In this document: positions 1 to 7,469 of the stretch, in pieces
Position numbering within the stretch: the stretch's first letter is position 1
Layout of the letters: each line of letters begins with the position of its first letter
UHGV virus genome: UHGV-0297898
Origin: a virus
DNA length: 12,053 nt
Direction: 5' to 3' (one strand)
Program-made: the position numbers and the translations under genes
The notes under the pieces: model-generated
Told to the model about the DNA's origin: nothing
The model's database searches: none
The model's input: the letters and a program-made list of their open reading frames with translations, nothing else

Positions 1-170
1 ACAATGTATTTCGACACCACATGCGCCAGAAGTCTGACGGACTCATCCTGATTCATCTGGTAGGGATACCCCAGCTCGCGGACATCCTTCCCGGTGGGTT
101 CATCAAACTCCAGTACGGAGAGTGTCTCGCCATGAGCGATAATCGGTTTCTTTAACTCAAGCTCTTTCAT
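1..170 (-). CDS. Phage tail assembly chaperone, N-terminal part (runs off window start)
   Basis: Minus-strand ATG at 170..168 overlaps the tail tube stop (TAATG). Translation MKELELKKPIIAHGETLSVLEFDEPTGKDVRELGYPYQMNQDESVRLLAHVVSKYI remains open to position 1. Position directly after the tube gene and the L.L..PI..GE.L..L.F.EPT..D pattern fit tail assembly chaperones. No start-containing ORF in the track because it is truncated by the window edge. Confidence 0.45.
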   Translation of the reverse strand, partial: MKELELKKPIIAHGETLSVLEFDEPTGKDVRELGYPYQMNQDESVRLLAHVVSKYI

Positions 171-526
171 TACTGGTAATCCCCTTCTTCACCGTGGAAC
201 TCAAGATCAACCGTGCCTTCTTCGGCATTATGGTTCGCTTCGCCGTGCAGCCAGGCGGACGACAATACATAGACCTGACCGTTCGCCAGCTCGGCAGTGA
301 TGGTCATCTCATCAGACGAGGTGATTTTGCTCACCGGAAAATTCTTCGGCACCTTGAAGGTCCCTTTGACATAAGGCGCACGGTGAGTTTCCTTGCGGTC
401 CACTGAACCGTCCAGGCCGATGATGTCATCATTGACCGTCCTGTTCATGGGCACCTCAATGCCGCCGGTCAGCGATAGCTGCTGACCGTCAATTTTGAAA
501 TAACAGGTTCCCCCGATACGGGCCAT
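170..526 (-). CDS. Phage tail tube protein (contractile-tail type)
   Basis: 118-aa ORF, ATG at 526..524, immediately downstream of the sheath gene with 1-nt stop/start overlap (TAATG). Size and position are typical of a myovirus tube protein. Family assignment is from recall of Mu/P2-type tube proteins. Confidence 0.75.
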   Translation of the reverse strand: MARIGGTCYFKIDGQQLSLTGGIEVPMNRTVNDDIIGLDGSVDRKETHRAPYVKGTFKVPKNFPVSKITSSDEMTITAELANGQVYVLSSAWLHGEANHNAEEGTVDLEFHGEEGDYQ

Positions 527-2019
527 TATGCAGACTCCTCTGAATACTGAAGACGGAACTGGTTAACCACGGCAAAGACACGCAACTGGTTAACATAGTC
601 AGGCGGGAACAGCGTGTTCAGGCGGTTCGGATCGCTGGCATCACGCTCCACAACCAGGTACTGCTTAAACAGTTCGTAGTTTTCCACGATCCCCGCACGC
701 TCAAGCTGACGGTAGGTTGTCAGCAGTTCCCCTTTGATCACCGCCGGGGTGACAATCGCCTGACCGGGACCAAAGCGGGTACCGTCGCTGGCAAGCTTGT
801 GACGCCCGTACTTACTGGTAATGACGGATTTCAGTTTGCGCAGTACATACGCACTGGTATACAGCGTCTCGCTGTCGAGATAGCTGTTATCCGCAACCCC
901 GTAAGCGTTTTTCCTGTACGTGGTGACATCACGCTGAATGCGCAGTACCCCGCTTTCGACATACGCCGTTGCCACGCCATGAGACAGCAGGGTCTGTTGT
1001 TCGGTCATCGTGAACCGTTTCCCCTTCGGCGCAGGCAGCATACCCACCAGCTCACCGGTCTGCGTGGGACGTGCCGGATCGTTGCGGATAAACACCGCTG
1101 CGCGGGCGGTACGGCTTGCCGCCAGCTCATCGGCAGGCGTCTGGGTGTCTTTTTCGTACCCCGCCAGGGTAATGTGCTGCTGGTTAAACTGGTCACCTGC
1201 GGTCACCAGTTCTGACAGCGTGCCGATCTTTGCCGTATACACATGACCATACAGCTGACGCGCATAGCTCCAGCGACCGCTGGTATCGTTCATCTCGGTC
1301 ACCAGCGTGTTAACGGAGGCCGTGTCGTTGAACGGCAGGCCGATATAATCAAACGGCTCATCCGCCATTGCAGCCACCGCGCCGGTGAGAACCGGAGCAC
1401 CCGTTCCGGCGGTACCCGTCGCCACGGCAATCTGTACGCCCGCTGGCAGCACTTCGCCCCCACCAAAGCCGTAGTAATTGAGGCTGACAGGAATTTCATT
1501 CCCGCAAAGCCCCTTATGACGCGCGGTCAGTGTGACCACGCCAGCCGAAGATGAGGCCGTAAACGGCAGGGCCGGAACGGCATTGATGGCATCCTGGATA
1601 CTGCTGGCAATCGTCGCAACGTTATCGCCGTTGGTCACCGGTGCCTGCACGCGGGTACGTCCCACATAAACATTCACCGTGCCGCTTTCGGTTGCTTCCC
1701 CGGTCACCGTCAGCGTAACCGTTGCCGCCGCGCCTGTGGCTTCCGGAACGGCAATCACATACAGCTCACCAAACGGGTCGGTCTGGCGATAAGCCTCGAC
1801 CATACGCGCCAGCTGACTTCCCGCACCACAAATCTGGCGTGCATAGTCTGCCGATGGCATCAGCACCAGACTGTTGGCAACAATCTCTGCACCGTTATTG
1901 GCATGACCAATCAGCAGCGATGCTCCGCTGTCCTGTGCAGTATTCGCCGCCGAGTTATCCATTTCCGCATAAAAAATCGGAACCAGCGTATTTGACGGAA
2001 TGGTGTTAAAGCTCGTCAT
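526..2019 (-). CDS. Phage tail sheath protein
   Basis: 497-aa ORF, ATG at 2019..2017 preceded by AGGTG Shine-Dalgarno at about 7 nt. Length and sequence character fit contractile-tail sheath proteins of Mu-like tails; followed directly by the tube gene. Confidence 0.8.
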   Translation of the reverse strand: MTSFNTIPSNTLVPIFYAEMDNSAANTAQDSGASLLIGHANNGAEIVANSLVLMPSADYARQICGAGSQLARMVEAYRQTDPFGELYVIAVPEATGAAATVTLTVTGEATESGTVNVYVGRTRVQAPVTNGDNVATIASSIQDAINAVPALPFTASSSAGVVTLTARHKGLCGNEIPVSLNYYGFGGGEVLPAGVQIAVATGTAGTGAPVLTGAVAAMADEPFDYIGLPFNDTASVNTLVTEMNDTSGRWSYARQLYGHVYTAKIGTLSELVTAGDQFNQQHITLAGYEKDTQTPADELAASRTARAAVFIRNDPARPTQTGELVGMLPAPKGKRFTMTEQQTLLSHGVATAYVESGVLRIQRDVTTYRKNAYGVADNSYLDSETLYTSAYVLRKLKSVITSKYGRHKLASDGTRFGPGQAIVTPAVIKGELLTTYRQLERAGIVENYELFKQYLVVERDASDPNRLNTLFPPDYVNQLRVFAVVNQFRLQYSEESA

Positions 2020-2173
2020 CGGTATTCACCTTTTCATTCACGCGCCGGATATCACCCGCTGCTTCACGGCGCAGCCAGTAGTTGTTCTCGTCAACATTTC
2101 GCCCTTCGGTGGGCAAAAGGTCACCGCGGGCAGGGTCAGGCACTGACCGCCCTTTAACAGGTTTCACAAACAT
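2006..2173 (-). CDS. Small hypothetical ORF (55 aa) in the gap before the sheath gene
   Basis: Hand translation from ATG at 2173..2171: MFVKPVKGRSVPDPARGDLLPTEGRNVDENNYWLRREAAGDIRRVNEKVNTDDEL, stop TAA at 2008..2006. Starts 8 nt after the stop of the upstream 186-aa gene and overlaps the sheath start by 14 nt. No strong SD; not in the ORF track (below its length cutoff). Could be a real small virion-assembly gene or just the spacer. Confidence 0.25.
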   Translation of the reverse strand: MFVKPVKGRSVPDPARGDLLPTEGRNVDENNYWLRREAAGDIRRVNEKVNTDDEL

Positions 2174-2181
2174 GAAGATTC

Positions 2182-2742
2182 TCAGGAAGGAAGGGTTATT
2201 TCGGTGTGATGTTCGATATCGCCGTCAGGCCCGTTACCGGGATCGAGATAATCAACATCAATCGCCAGCGTTTGCAGTTCATCCAGACTGTTCAGATCAT
2301 CCTGCTGGCGGGTATCGTCTTCAGTCAGCTCGCTGATGACCGAAAAATCGAACTGATAAATCAGCTCATGACGATTCAGATCCAGCAGCGTGCCGCCGTC
2401 ATAGGTAATCGGGTTACCGCACGCCTCCGGGTTCCAGCCCAGCAGAGCCTTAAAGAGCATCTGCCGGACATCGTCCACCACATCATACGAGGCAAACTGA
2501 CCGCGCTCATCACGCCCGTTACTCAGTATGACAACCACGGAGAAACCCTCTTTCAGCTCCTGCCAGTAGTCGGTCTGGCTTTTGTTTTCTCCCGGAGAAT
2601 CATCACCCGGTACAACATATGCCGCAGGGAGTTTCAGCTTTCCGACCTCCGGCAGATTTTTGAACTGGGCCGCGCCTGCAACCCGGTATTCAAAATACGG
2701 ACAGCGGGCACGCAGTGCAGCAATAACAGGCGTCAGTTTCAT
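2182..2742 (-). CDS. Putative neck / tail-terminator (tail completion) protein
   Basis: 186-aa ORF, ATG at 2742..2740 overlapping the stop of the gp10-like gene (ATGA). Position between neck genes and sheath. Central region resembles the tail-terminator fold (compare lambda gpU region ...YLTGAEYTGEELDSDTWQAELHIEVF with ...YVVPGDDSPGENKSQTDYWQELKEGFSVVVIL). Acidic C-terminal tail. Function call is tentative. Confidence 0.5.
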   Translation of the reverse strand: MKLTPVIAALRARCPYFEYRVAGAAQFKNLPEVGKLKLPAAYVVPGDDSPGENKSQTDYWQELKEGFSVVVILSNGRDERGQFASYDVVDDVRQMLFKALLGWNPEACGNPITYDGGTLLDLNRHELIYQFDFSVISELTEDDTRQQDDLNSLDELQTLAIDVDYLDPGNGPDGDIEHHTEITLPS

Positions 2743-3245
2743 CTGTGTCGTCGCTCCGGCTTCAGTGATTTACGCAATTCCCGCGCCAGAAAATAGCGTG
2801 TCCAGCTGCGGTTCTTTTCAAGCGTTTCCACCATGAAGTTATTACGTGGAGCCAGTCGCCAGCCGCTGCCACCGGATGCACCACGATGATGGCTGCGACG
2901 ACGCTTTGCCCCTCGCCTCACGCCATAGAACAAAAAAGCCGGATAAAAATCACCGGTGATACGGCGGTTTCCCTCTCCATTACGCTGGTTAGGGGCTATA
3001 CGTGCCATAAAACCAGGGCGATGTTTACTGGCTCTGGGTACCATGTAACCAATCGAACGAGCCAGGCGTCCGGTCTGATAACCGGGGTTTTCACCCGGTG
3101 CCGACCGCGCACGGCGCATCACCAGCCGACGGGCATCACGCATATGACGCTGACCAATCGTGACAAACGCCCGCCGGACACGGGCGCGGTTAAAGCGCAT
3201 CTCCGCGGGCTGCTGAAAATCAACGTGCAAAAAGGAAGTCGTCAT
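2739..3245 (-). CDS. HK97 gp10-family virion protein (tail-completion / neck)
   Basis: 168-aa basic protein, ATG at 3245..3243 with strong GGAGG SD 5 nt upstream. Contains ...ARIAPNQRNGEGNRRITGDFYPAFLFYGVRRG..., typical of the HK97-gp10-like family. Overlaps the preceding gene's 3' end by 26 nt. Confidence 0.6.
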   Translation of the reverse strand: MTTSFLHVDFQQPAEMRFNRARVRRAFVTIGQRHMRDARRLVMRRARSAPGENPGYQTGRLARSIGYMVPRASKHRPGFMARIAPNQRNGEGNRRITGDFYPAFLFYGVRRGAKRRRSHHRGASGGSGWRLAPRNNFMVETLEKNRSWTRYFLARELRKSLKPERRHR

Positions 3246-3630
3246 TGTTGCCTCCGTGACTCTGCCTACATTCGCCCAGCTCCGTACACTCCAGCAGCAG
3301 AAAGCGCCGCGCCCCGTTCAGATCGCGCTGACGTTTCACCCGGTACACACTGTCACCGCAGACCACCTCATAATCAGCGGTGATCCCCCGGCGGTAACGA
3401 ATGGTGATGTAATGGGTGATGGCGTCCCCGGTCTGCGCGGTTTCCTGCCAGGTGGTGGCACTGGTCTGGATAACCTTCGCCCATGTCCGGAACGTAACCG
3501 GGTATTGAGGCTCCACGCCAAAGTTATCCGCGGGCATATCCACCCGCAGGCGGATCAGGACGCGTTTATTCAGTTCACCGGGGTCCGGCAGAATGTAGGT
3601 TGCGCTGGTCTGCGCCTGACGAATTTTCAT
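3220..3630 (-). CDS. Head closure / head-tail adaptor protein (HK97 gp7-like)
   Basis: 136-aa ORF, ATG at 3630..3628 overlapping the connector stop (ATGA). Sequence (MKIRQAQTSATYILPDPGELNKRVLIRLR...RFLLLECTELGE) and position after the gp6-like connector fit the head-tail joining family. Confidence 0.6.
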   Translation of the reverse strand: MKIRQAQTSATYILPDPGELNKRVLIRLRVDMPADNFGVEPQYPVTFRTWAKVIQTSATTWQETAQTGDAITHYITIRYRRGITADYEVVCGDSVYRVKRQRDLNGARRFLLLECTELGECRQSHGGNNDDFLFAR

Positions 3631-3950
3631 TGCGGAAAGTACCTGTACGGGCCGACAAGCCAGCCAAAACTCTGCGGCATGTCGAGTTTCTCCACTTCCG
3701 TAACCGACGAGCGGTTTTCGTAAAAATGGCTGATAAGCATCAGCATCCCCAGACGAATATCATCCGGCAGGTGCAGCCCGTCCGGATCGCTGTCCGGAAT
3801 GGTTTCATCCGGTGCATAGAGCTTCCGGTTCAGATACGTTTCCGTCCGCTTTTGTGCCGCATAGGCCAGCAGTTGCAGATGGCGGTCATCAGCATCGAAA
3901 TCCTCATCCAGCCGGAGTTGGGCTTTAATCTCTTCCATTGTCAGAAGCAT
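3627..3950 (-). CDS. Head-tail connector protein (HK97 gp6-like)
   Basis: 107-aa ORF, ATG at 3950..3948, 2 nt after the stop of the upstream 66-aa ORF. N-terminus MLLTMEEIKAQLRLDEDFDADDRHLQLLAYAA is characteristic of gp6-like connector / DNA-packaging proteins. Confidence 0.65.
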   Translation of the reverse strand: MLLTMEEIKAQLRLDEDFDADDRHLQLLAYAAQKRTETYLNRKLYAPDETIPDSDPDGLHLPDDIRLGMLMLISHFYENRSSVTEVEKLDMPQSFGWLVGPYRYFPQ

Positions 3951-3952
3951 AC

Positions 3953-4153
3953 TCAGCCCTCTTTACTGGTCGTGGCTTTTTTCTCTTTTGTCGCTTTACT
4001 GCTTTTTGCACTGGTTCCGCGCTCTGCTAACCCGGCCTGAAGTGCAACCTCCTGCACCCGGGCAGGAAGCGCCCCGTCGTCATACTCACCGGCCCGAATG
4101 ACCTCAACACGCATACCGTCCGGTGACCATTTCAGATCTTGTTTCAGGATCAT
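3953..4153 (-). CDS. Hypothetical small protein (66 aa) with Lys/Ser/Thr-rich C-terminus
   Basis: ATG at 4153..4151; sits between major capsid and connector genes; tightly packed with the downstream gene (TGAgtATG). No recognisable family. C-terminal tail SAKSSKATKEKKATTSKEG is low-complexity and basic. Confidence 0.4.
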   Translation of the reverse strand: MILKQDLKWSPDGMRVEVIRAGEYDDGALPARVQEVALQAGLAERGTSAKSSKATKEKKATTSKEG

Positions 4154-4172
4154 GATTCTTCACCCATCAGAA

Positions 4173-4196
4173 CAGGGGCGCGGTTCCGCGCCCCTG
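4173..4196 (-). terminator. Perfect 10-bp GC-rich hairpin just downstream of the major capsid gene (possible partial terminator or RNA stability element)
   Basis: Plus strand CAGGGGCGCG-gttc-CGCGCCCCTG (10 bp stem at 4173-4182 / 4187-4196, 4-nt loop) lies 6 nt after the capsid stop at 4202. On the transcribed strand it is followed by TTCTGAT, only a weak U-tract. Confidence 0.4.
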
Positions 4197-4201
4197 AGTG
4201 A

Positions 4202-5407
4202 TTACGCCACTGCAATCTTCAGCAGTTTGATGGCCTGCGAATCGACCAGCATGCCGCCGGTGCGTTTGGTGGTATAAAAACCGACAAACGGTTTATTGGT
4301 GTACGGGTCACGCAGAATGCGGGTGCCGATACGGTCAACGATGGTGTAACCCCGTTTGAAGTTACCAAATGCAATGGCTTTCGCATCAGCGGCGATATCC
4401 GGCATCTGTTCGTTTTCAGCGATACCGTAACCCGCCAGAGAGGACGGCTGCCCCAGTTCCAGCCCCGGACGCCACAGATAGTTACCCTCGGTGTCTTTCA
4501 GCAGACGGATGGCAAACAGGCTGTTGTTGTTCATCATGAACTTCGCGCCAGTGCGGTGTGCCTTTCGCAGCGTGTAAATCAGTTTGATAATGGCGTCTGC
4601 GGTCACCGCAGTCGCGTCGCCGGATACAATATGCTGAAGTTTGCCGAACGCCCGGACCTTATCGGTTTCATCCGTGGATTCATACGCCAGGAACCCTTTC
4701 GGCTTCTTGGTACCATCGCCGGTGGTAAAGGCAATTTCTTCCTGTTCGGCAAATTCGGTTGCCAGCTCGCTGTTGATCCAGGCCTCCACGTTGAAAAAGG
4801 CATCATCCAGCATTTTCTGGGTGGCCTGCGGGTTACCGTAGATTTCCCCCATGAAAGGTTCAATCAGCCCCAGTTTTGAGGTGGCAGTTTGGGAGCGCGC
4901 GTCAGTCTCGCCAACCCATCCGGAAGCCGTGCCGCCCAGATTCACCAGTTTTTTGTAGTCGGAACCACCAACGGTGATCACCGTGGCTTCCTGACGCATC
5001 ACCACTTCATCTTTCAGCAGGTTAAGAATGTTGCGATCCAGTTCTTCCGGCACGGCGTAGCCACCGTCTTCATCGGTGCCCACCTGCAATGCCTTACGCT
5101 CCAGATCGCGCAGACCGTCTTCACGGCCTTTACGCAGGAAGCCCACAAACGCCTCTTTATGCTCGGTGGCCAGTTTATTTTGCGCACCACCTGCCGGACG
5201 TTTCAGCTCAAGCAGCTCTTTTTCAAGATCGCTTTTGAGGTTTTCCAGCTCGCTGAGTTTCCCGTTCAGGGTTTCCACCTGCCCGGCAAGTTTGCCTTTT
5301 TCCTGCTCAATCGCATCCACGCGCTTGTCGTTCTTTGCTTTGAAGTCGTCAAACTTCTGCTGCAGCTCCTGCGCGACCTGTTCGACATCTTTAATATCAA
5401 CCGCCAT
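4202..5407 (-). CDS. Major capsid protein, HK97 fold, with N-terminal coiled-coil scaffolding (delta) domain
   Basis: 401-aa ORF, ATG at 5407..5405 with AGGAG SD 7 nt upstream. N-terminal about 100 aa is strongly coiled-coil (…KLSELENLKSDLEKELLELK…) as in HK97 gp5 delta domain, followed by a capsid-like body. Located directly after the prohead protease. Confidence 0.9.
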   Translation of the reverse strand: MAVDIKDVEQVAQELQQKFDDFKAKNDKRVDAIEQEKGKLAGQVETLNGKLSELENLKSDLEKELLELKRPAGGAQNKLATEHKEAFVGFLRKGREDGLRDLERKALQVGTDEDGGYAVPEELDRNILNLLKDEVVMRQEATVITVGGSDYKKLVNLGGTASGWVGETDARSQTATSKLGLIEPFMGEIYGNPQATQKMLDDAFFNVEAWINSELATEFAEQEEIAFTTGDGTKKPKGFLAYESTDETDKVRAFGKLQHIVSGDATAVTADAIIKLIYTLRKAHRTGAKFMMNNNSLFAIRLLKDTEGNYLWRPGLELGQPSSLAGYGIAENEQMPDIAADAKAIAFGNFKRGYTIVDRIGTRILRDPYTNKPFVGFYTTKRTGGMLVDSQAIKLLKIAVA

Positions 5408-5421
5408 CGTATTTCTCCTGA

Positions 5422-6057
5422 TTAGAAGTTCAGATTTTTCAGTGCATTCAGTGCAGAGCCCACATCCTCAGCGTCGCGCAGGGACAGTGCGCCATAGCCC
5501 CCGGCCATGAATGTCGACCTCTGGGAAGTCAGTCTGGTGACGTTTCCGTCTAACGACGAGGCGCGGATCAGCGACGTCAAGAACGCGCTGGCCCGCGGGG
5601 AAATCCCCGAACAGAAAAAAATCGAAAGAGTCCTGCGTGATGTCGGACTCTCCCGTTCTTTCAGCAGAAAGGCTTCTTTCGTCTGGTCGTATTCCCAGTC
5701 CTTCAGGACGTACCCAATAGAAAGGCCGGTTAACGAACCGGCCTTCATGTGTGCATGTGCGCGTTTTGCCAGAGGATCATCATCAATGAGCAACCGCCCC
5801 CTGACGTAAAGCCCGACATCGTCTTCCTTCATTTCGGTGTAAACACCGATGGGCTCATCCATGCGGTGCTGCCAGAGCAGCGCAGGTAACGCTTTTCTGT
5901 CACTCCACGCCCGCAGGGAAGCAGCAAATGCCCCGGACATCACCACATCATCGTGGCTGTCCTTTACACCAAAGACGGAGCCATACCCTTCAAACTCACC
6001 GGAGTCACTGACAGATTTCAGACTCAGCGGTACATCAAGACGTTGTTTCGTCTGCAT
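5422..6057 (-). CDS. Prohead (head maturation) protease, HK97 family, with C-terminal region disrupted by a local inversion
   Basis: Catalytic-domain sequence …GEFEGYGSVFGVKDSHDDVVMSGAF…ALPALLWQHRMDEPIGVYTEMKEDDVGLYVRG…GLSIGYVLKDWEYDQTKEAFLLKE is typical of the family. Preferred start is ATG at 6057..6055 (AGAAGGA SD 8 nt upstream), not the track's ATG at 6093 which has no SD and overlaps the portal gene by 59 nt. After LLKE the minus-strand frame reads 48 residues of low-complexity sequence (RESPTSRRTLSIFFCSGISPRASAFLTSLIRASSLDGNVTRLTSQRST) before resuming a plausible C-terminus; the expected motif is on the opposite strand (see feature 5512..5656). Confidence 0.7.
   Translation of the reverse strand: MQTKQRLDVPLSLKSVSDSGEFEGYGSVFGVKDSHDDVVMSGAFAASLRAWSDRKALPALLWQHRMDEPIGVYTEMKEDDVGLYVRGRLLIDDDPLAKRAHAHMKAGSLTGLSIGYVLKDWEYDQTKEAFLLKERESPTSRRTLSIFFCSGISPRASAFLTSLIRASSLDGNVTRLTSQRSTFMAGGYGALSLRDAEDVGSALNALKNLNF
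5512..5656 (+). other. Inverted segment inside the protease gene: plus strand encodes the conserved protease C-terminal motif
   Basis: Plus-strand translation across this segment is (N)VDLWEVSLVTFPSNDEARISDVKNALARGEIPEQKKIERVLRDVGLSR, the canonical L.EVSLV..P.N.EA.I C-terminal strand of HK97-family prohead proteases, while all flanking protease sequence is on the minus strand. Re-inverting 5512..5656 (or 5513..5655) gives a continuous minus-strand ORF …AFLLK(D/E)VDLWEVSLVTFPSNDEARISDVK…GLSRFMAGGYGALSLRDAEDV…. Boundaries are approximate to within a few nt. Confidence 0.6.
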
Positions 6058-7276
6058 TGGCGTTATCCTTCTGCTTACCGGCTTTACTGCCATCGGAGGG
6101 TTTCGTGGTCATGTTCATCGGTGTGAGATAGACATCCCCACCGGGACGCGGATTCATATCTTCCAGGTCGCGGCAGTCATTGGGAGAGTAAATTCCCCAG
6201 TTAATCCCGGTGGCGTAGGCTTCAAAACGGGACTTCATATCCCCGCGCAGTAACGCCCCGGCGTTAAATTTGGCGTAATAAACGCCCTGCTTACTTTTTC
6301 GTACCAGTCCGGTGTTGATCCGCTGTTCGATGCGGGTCAGATACGGCACCAGTGAATAGTTGATAAATCCGAGCCCCAGTTCTTCGATATTGTTGAAGGT
6401 GGCGCGATCGGTGTTCTGCACCATGTGCAACGGTACCCGGAACAGACGACAGATTTCTTCAAGCTGAAACTTGCGGGTTTCCAGGAACTGGCTGTCCTCG
6501 GCGTTCAGCGCCATCGACTTCCAGTCCAGCCCCATCTCAAGGATCATCGGGCGGTGAGCATTGCCAAGCCCGGTGTGACGCTCCTCAAAATCTTTCTTCA
6601 GGCGCTCATAAGCCTGATCTGACAGCGTCTGCTCTGTACGCAACACACCCGACGTCACCGCACCATTGCTGAACAGTCTGGCCCCGTGCTCTTCAGTCGC
6701 TGCCGCCAGCGATATTGCCTCGCGGGCATAGGCGACGGGATTCAGCCCCACCAGTCCGTCCAGCGTCAGCGTGCGCACATGCCAGATATCCTCCTGGCTC
6801 AGCACATCCGTGGAGCCGTCCGGGAATGTGACCTGATAGACCGGCTCCCAGCTACTGTTAAGCTTCGGTACCACACAGCCGGGATCGACGGGCAGCAGTT
6901 CAGCCACTTCGCCAAATGCTTTCACTTTGTAGGCGTAAAAGTTTCCCCGCAGGCACAGACAGGTGACCACCAGCTCCCAGAACTCCTGCGGCGTCATATA
7001 GCCATTGGGATGCGTGGAGATCAGCTTATGCAGACGTTCGCCGGTGGCCCTCTGTTTCAGGCTGCCGTTCAGGTGATACAGATTGCAGGGCAACATCCCG
7101 ACCGACTCTGCCAGCACCCTGACGCAGGAAAAAACCGCCGTCAGTCGCATGGCCCGCTGGCTGCTGATCTGCTTTCCGGTATAGGTGTCATATGACAGCC
7201 CGATAGCATCCGCCAGCTCTGCTGGCGTGGTCACCGGCGCGTCACTTTTTCGTTGAAATAATCCCGAAAAGAACAC
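6035..7276 (-). CDS. Portal protein, HK97 family
   Basis: 413-aa ORF. Start is GTG at 7276..7274 with strong GGAGG SD 6 nt upstream; its G overlaps the TAG stop of the upstream small ORF (TAGTG). Length and content (…EEICRLFRVPLHMVQNTDRATF…) fit HK97-type portals; positioned between terminase and protease. Confidence 0.85.
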   Translation of the reverse strand: MFFSGLFQRKSDAPVTTPAELADAIGLSYDTYTGKQISSQRAMRLTAVFSCVRVLAESVGMLPCNLYHLNGSLKQRATGERLHKLISTHPNGYMTPQEFWELVVTCLCLRGNFYAYKVKAFGEVAELLPVDPGCVVPKLNSSWEPVYQVTFPDGSTDVLSQEDIWHVRTLTLDGLVGLNPVAYAREAISLAAATEEHGARLFSNGAVTSGVLRTEQTLSDQAYERLKKDFEERHTGLGNAHRPMILEMGLDWKSMALNAEDSQFLETRKFQLEEICRLFRVPLHMVQNTDRATFNNIEELGLGFINYSLVPYLTRIEQRINTGLVRKSKQGVYYAKFNAGALLRGDMKSRFEAYATGINWGIYSPNDCRDLEDMNPRPGGDVYLTPMNMTTKPSDGSKAGKQKDNANADETTS

Positions 7277-7458
7277 TATTTACCTCCGCCGACAGACGAC
7301 TGTGTACGGTCAAGATATCGCGCCACCAGCCACGACCAGAACAGGCACAACGCCCCGGCAACAACAAACCCCGCCGGGGGATAAATCAGCCAGGCACCAT
7401 ACGCCAGCAAAAGCGCCCCCAGCACGCCCACCAGAGGCGCGAGAATCAGCATGATCAT
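7276..7458 (-). CDS. Small predicted membrane protein (60 aa, two hydrophobic helices)
   Basis: ATG at 7458..7456 with GAGGT SD about 5 nt upstream, 11 nt after the terL stop. Sequence [60 protein letters not shown] is almost entirely hydrophobic. Exactly fills the gap between terL and portal with coupled stop/start. Confidence 0.45.
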
Positions 7459-7469
7459 AATTACCTCAG

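Noticed and set aside
2206-2796. 196-aa plus-strand ORF (and similar plus-strand ORFs at 799-1215, 2886-3383, 3256-3723, 3600-4040, 4889-5425, 5849-6253, 6686-7195, 7500-7799, 9512-9856)
   Set aside because: All lie antisense to well-supported minus-strand phage genes, have low-complexity or Arg/Cys-rich translations typical of antisense frames in GC-rich coding DNA, and lack credible ribosome-binding sites. Only the 5507-5660 part of the plus-strand ORF 5507..5809 carries real protein signal, explained by the inversion.
5505-5660. Short similar sequences at both ends of the inverted protease segment (gaATGTCGaCCTCT at about 5509 and gATGTCGGaCTCT at about 5639) as recombination sites
   Set aside because: They are in direct, not inverted, orientation and match only about 10 of 15 positions, which is within chance. 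No evidence for a programmed invertible switch.
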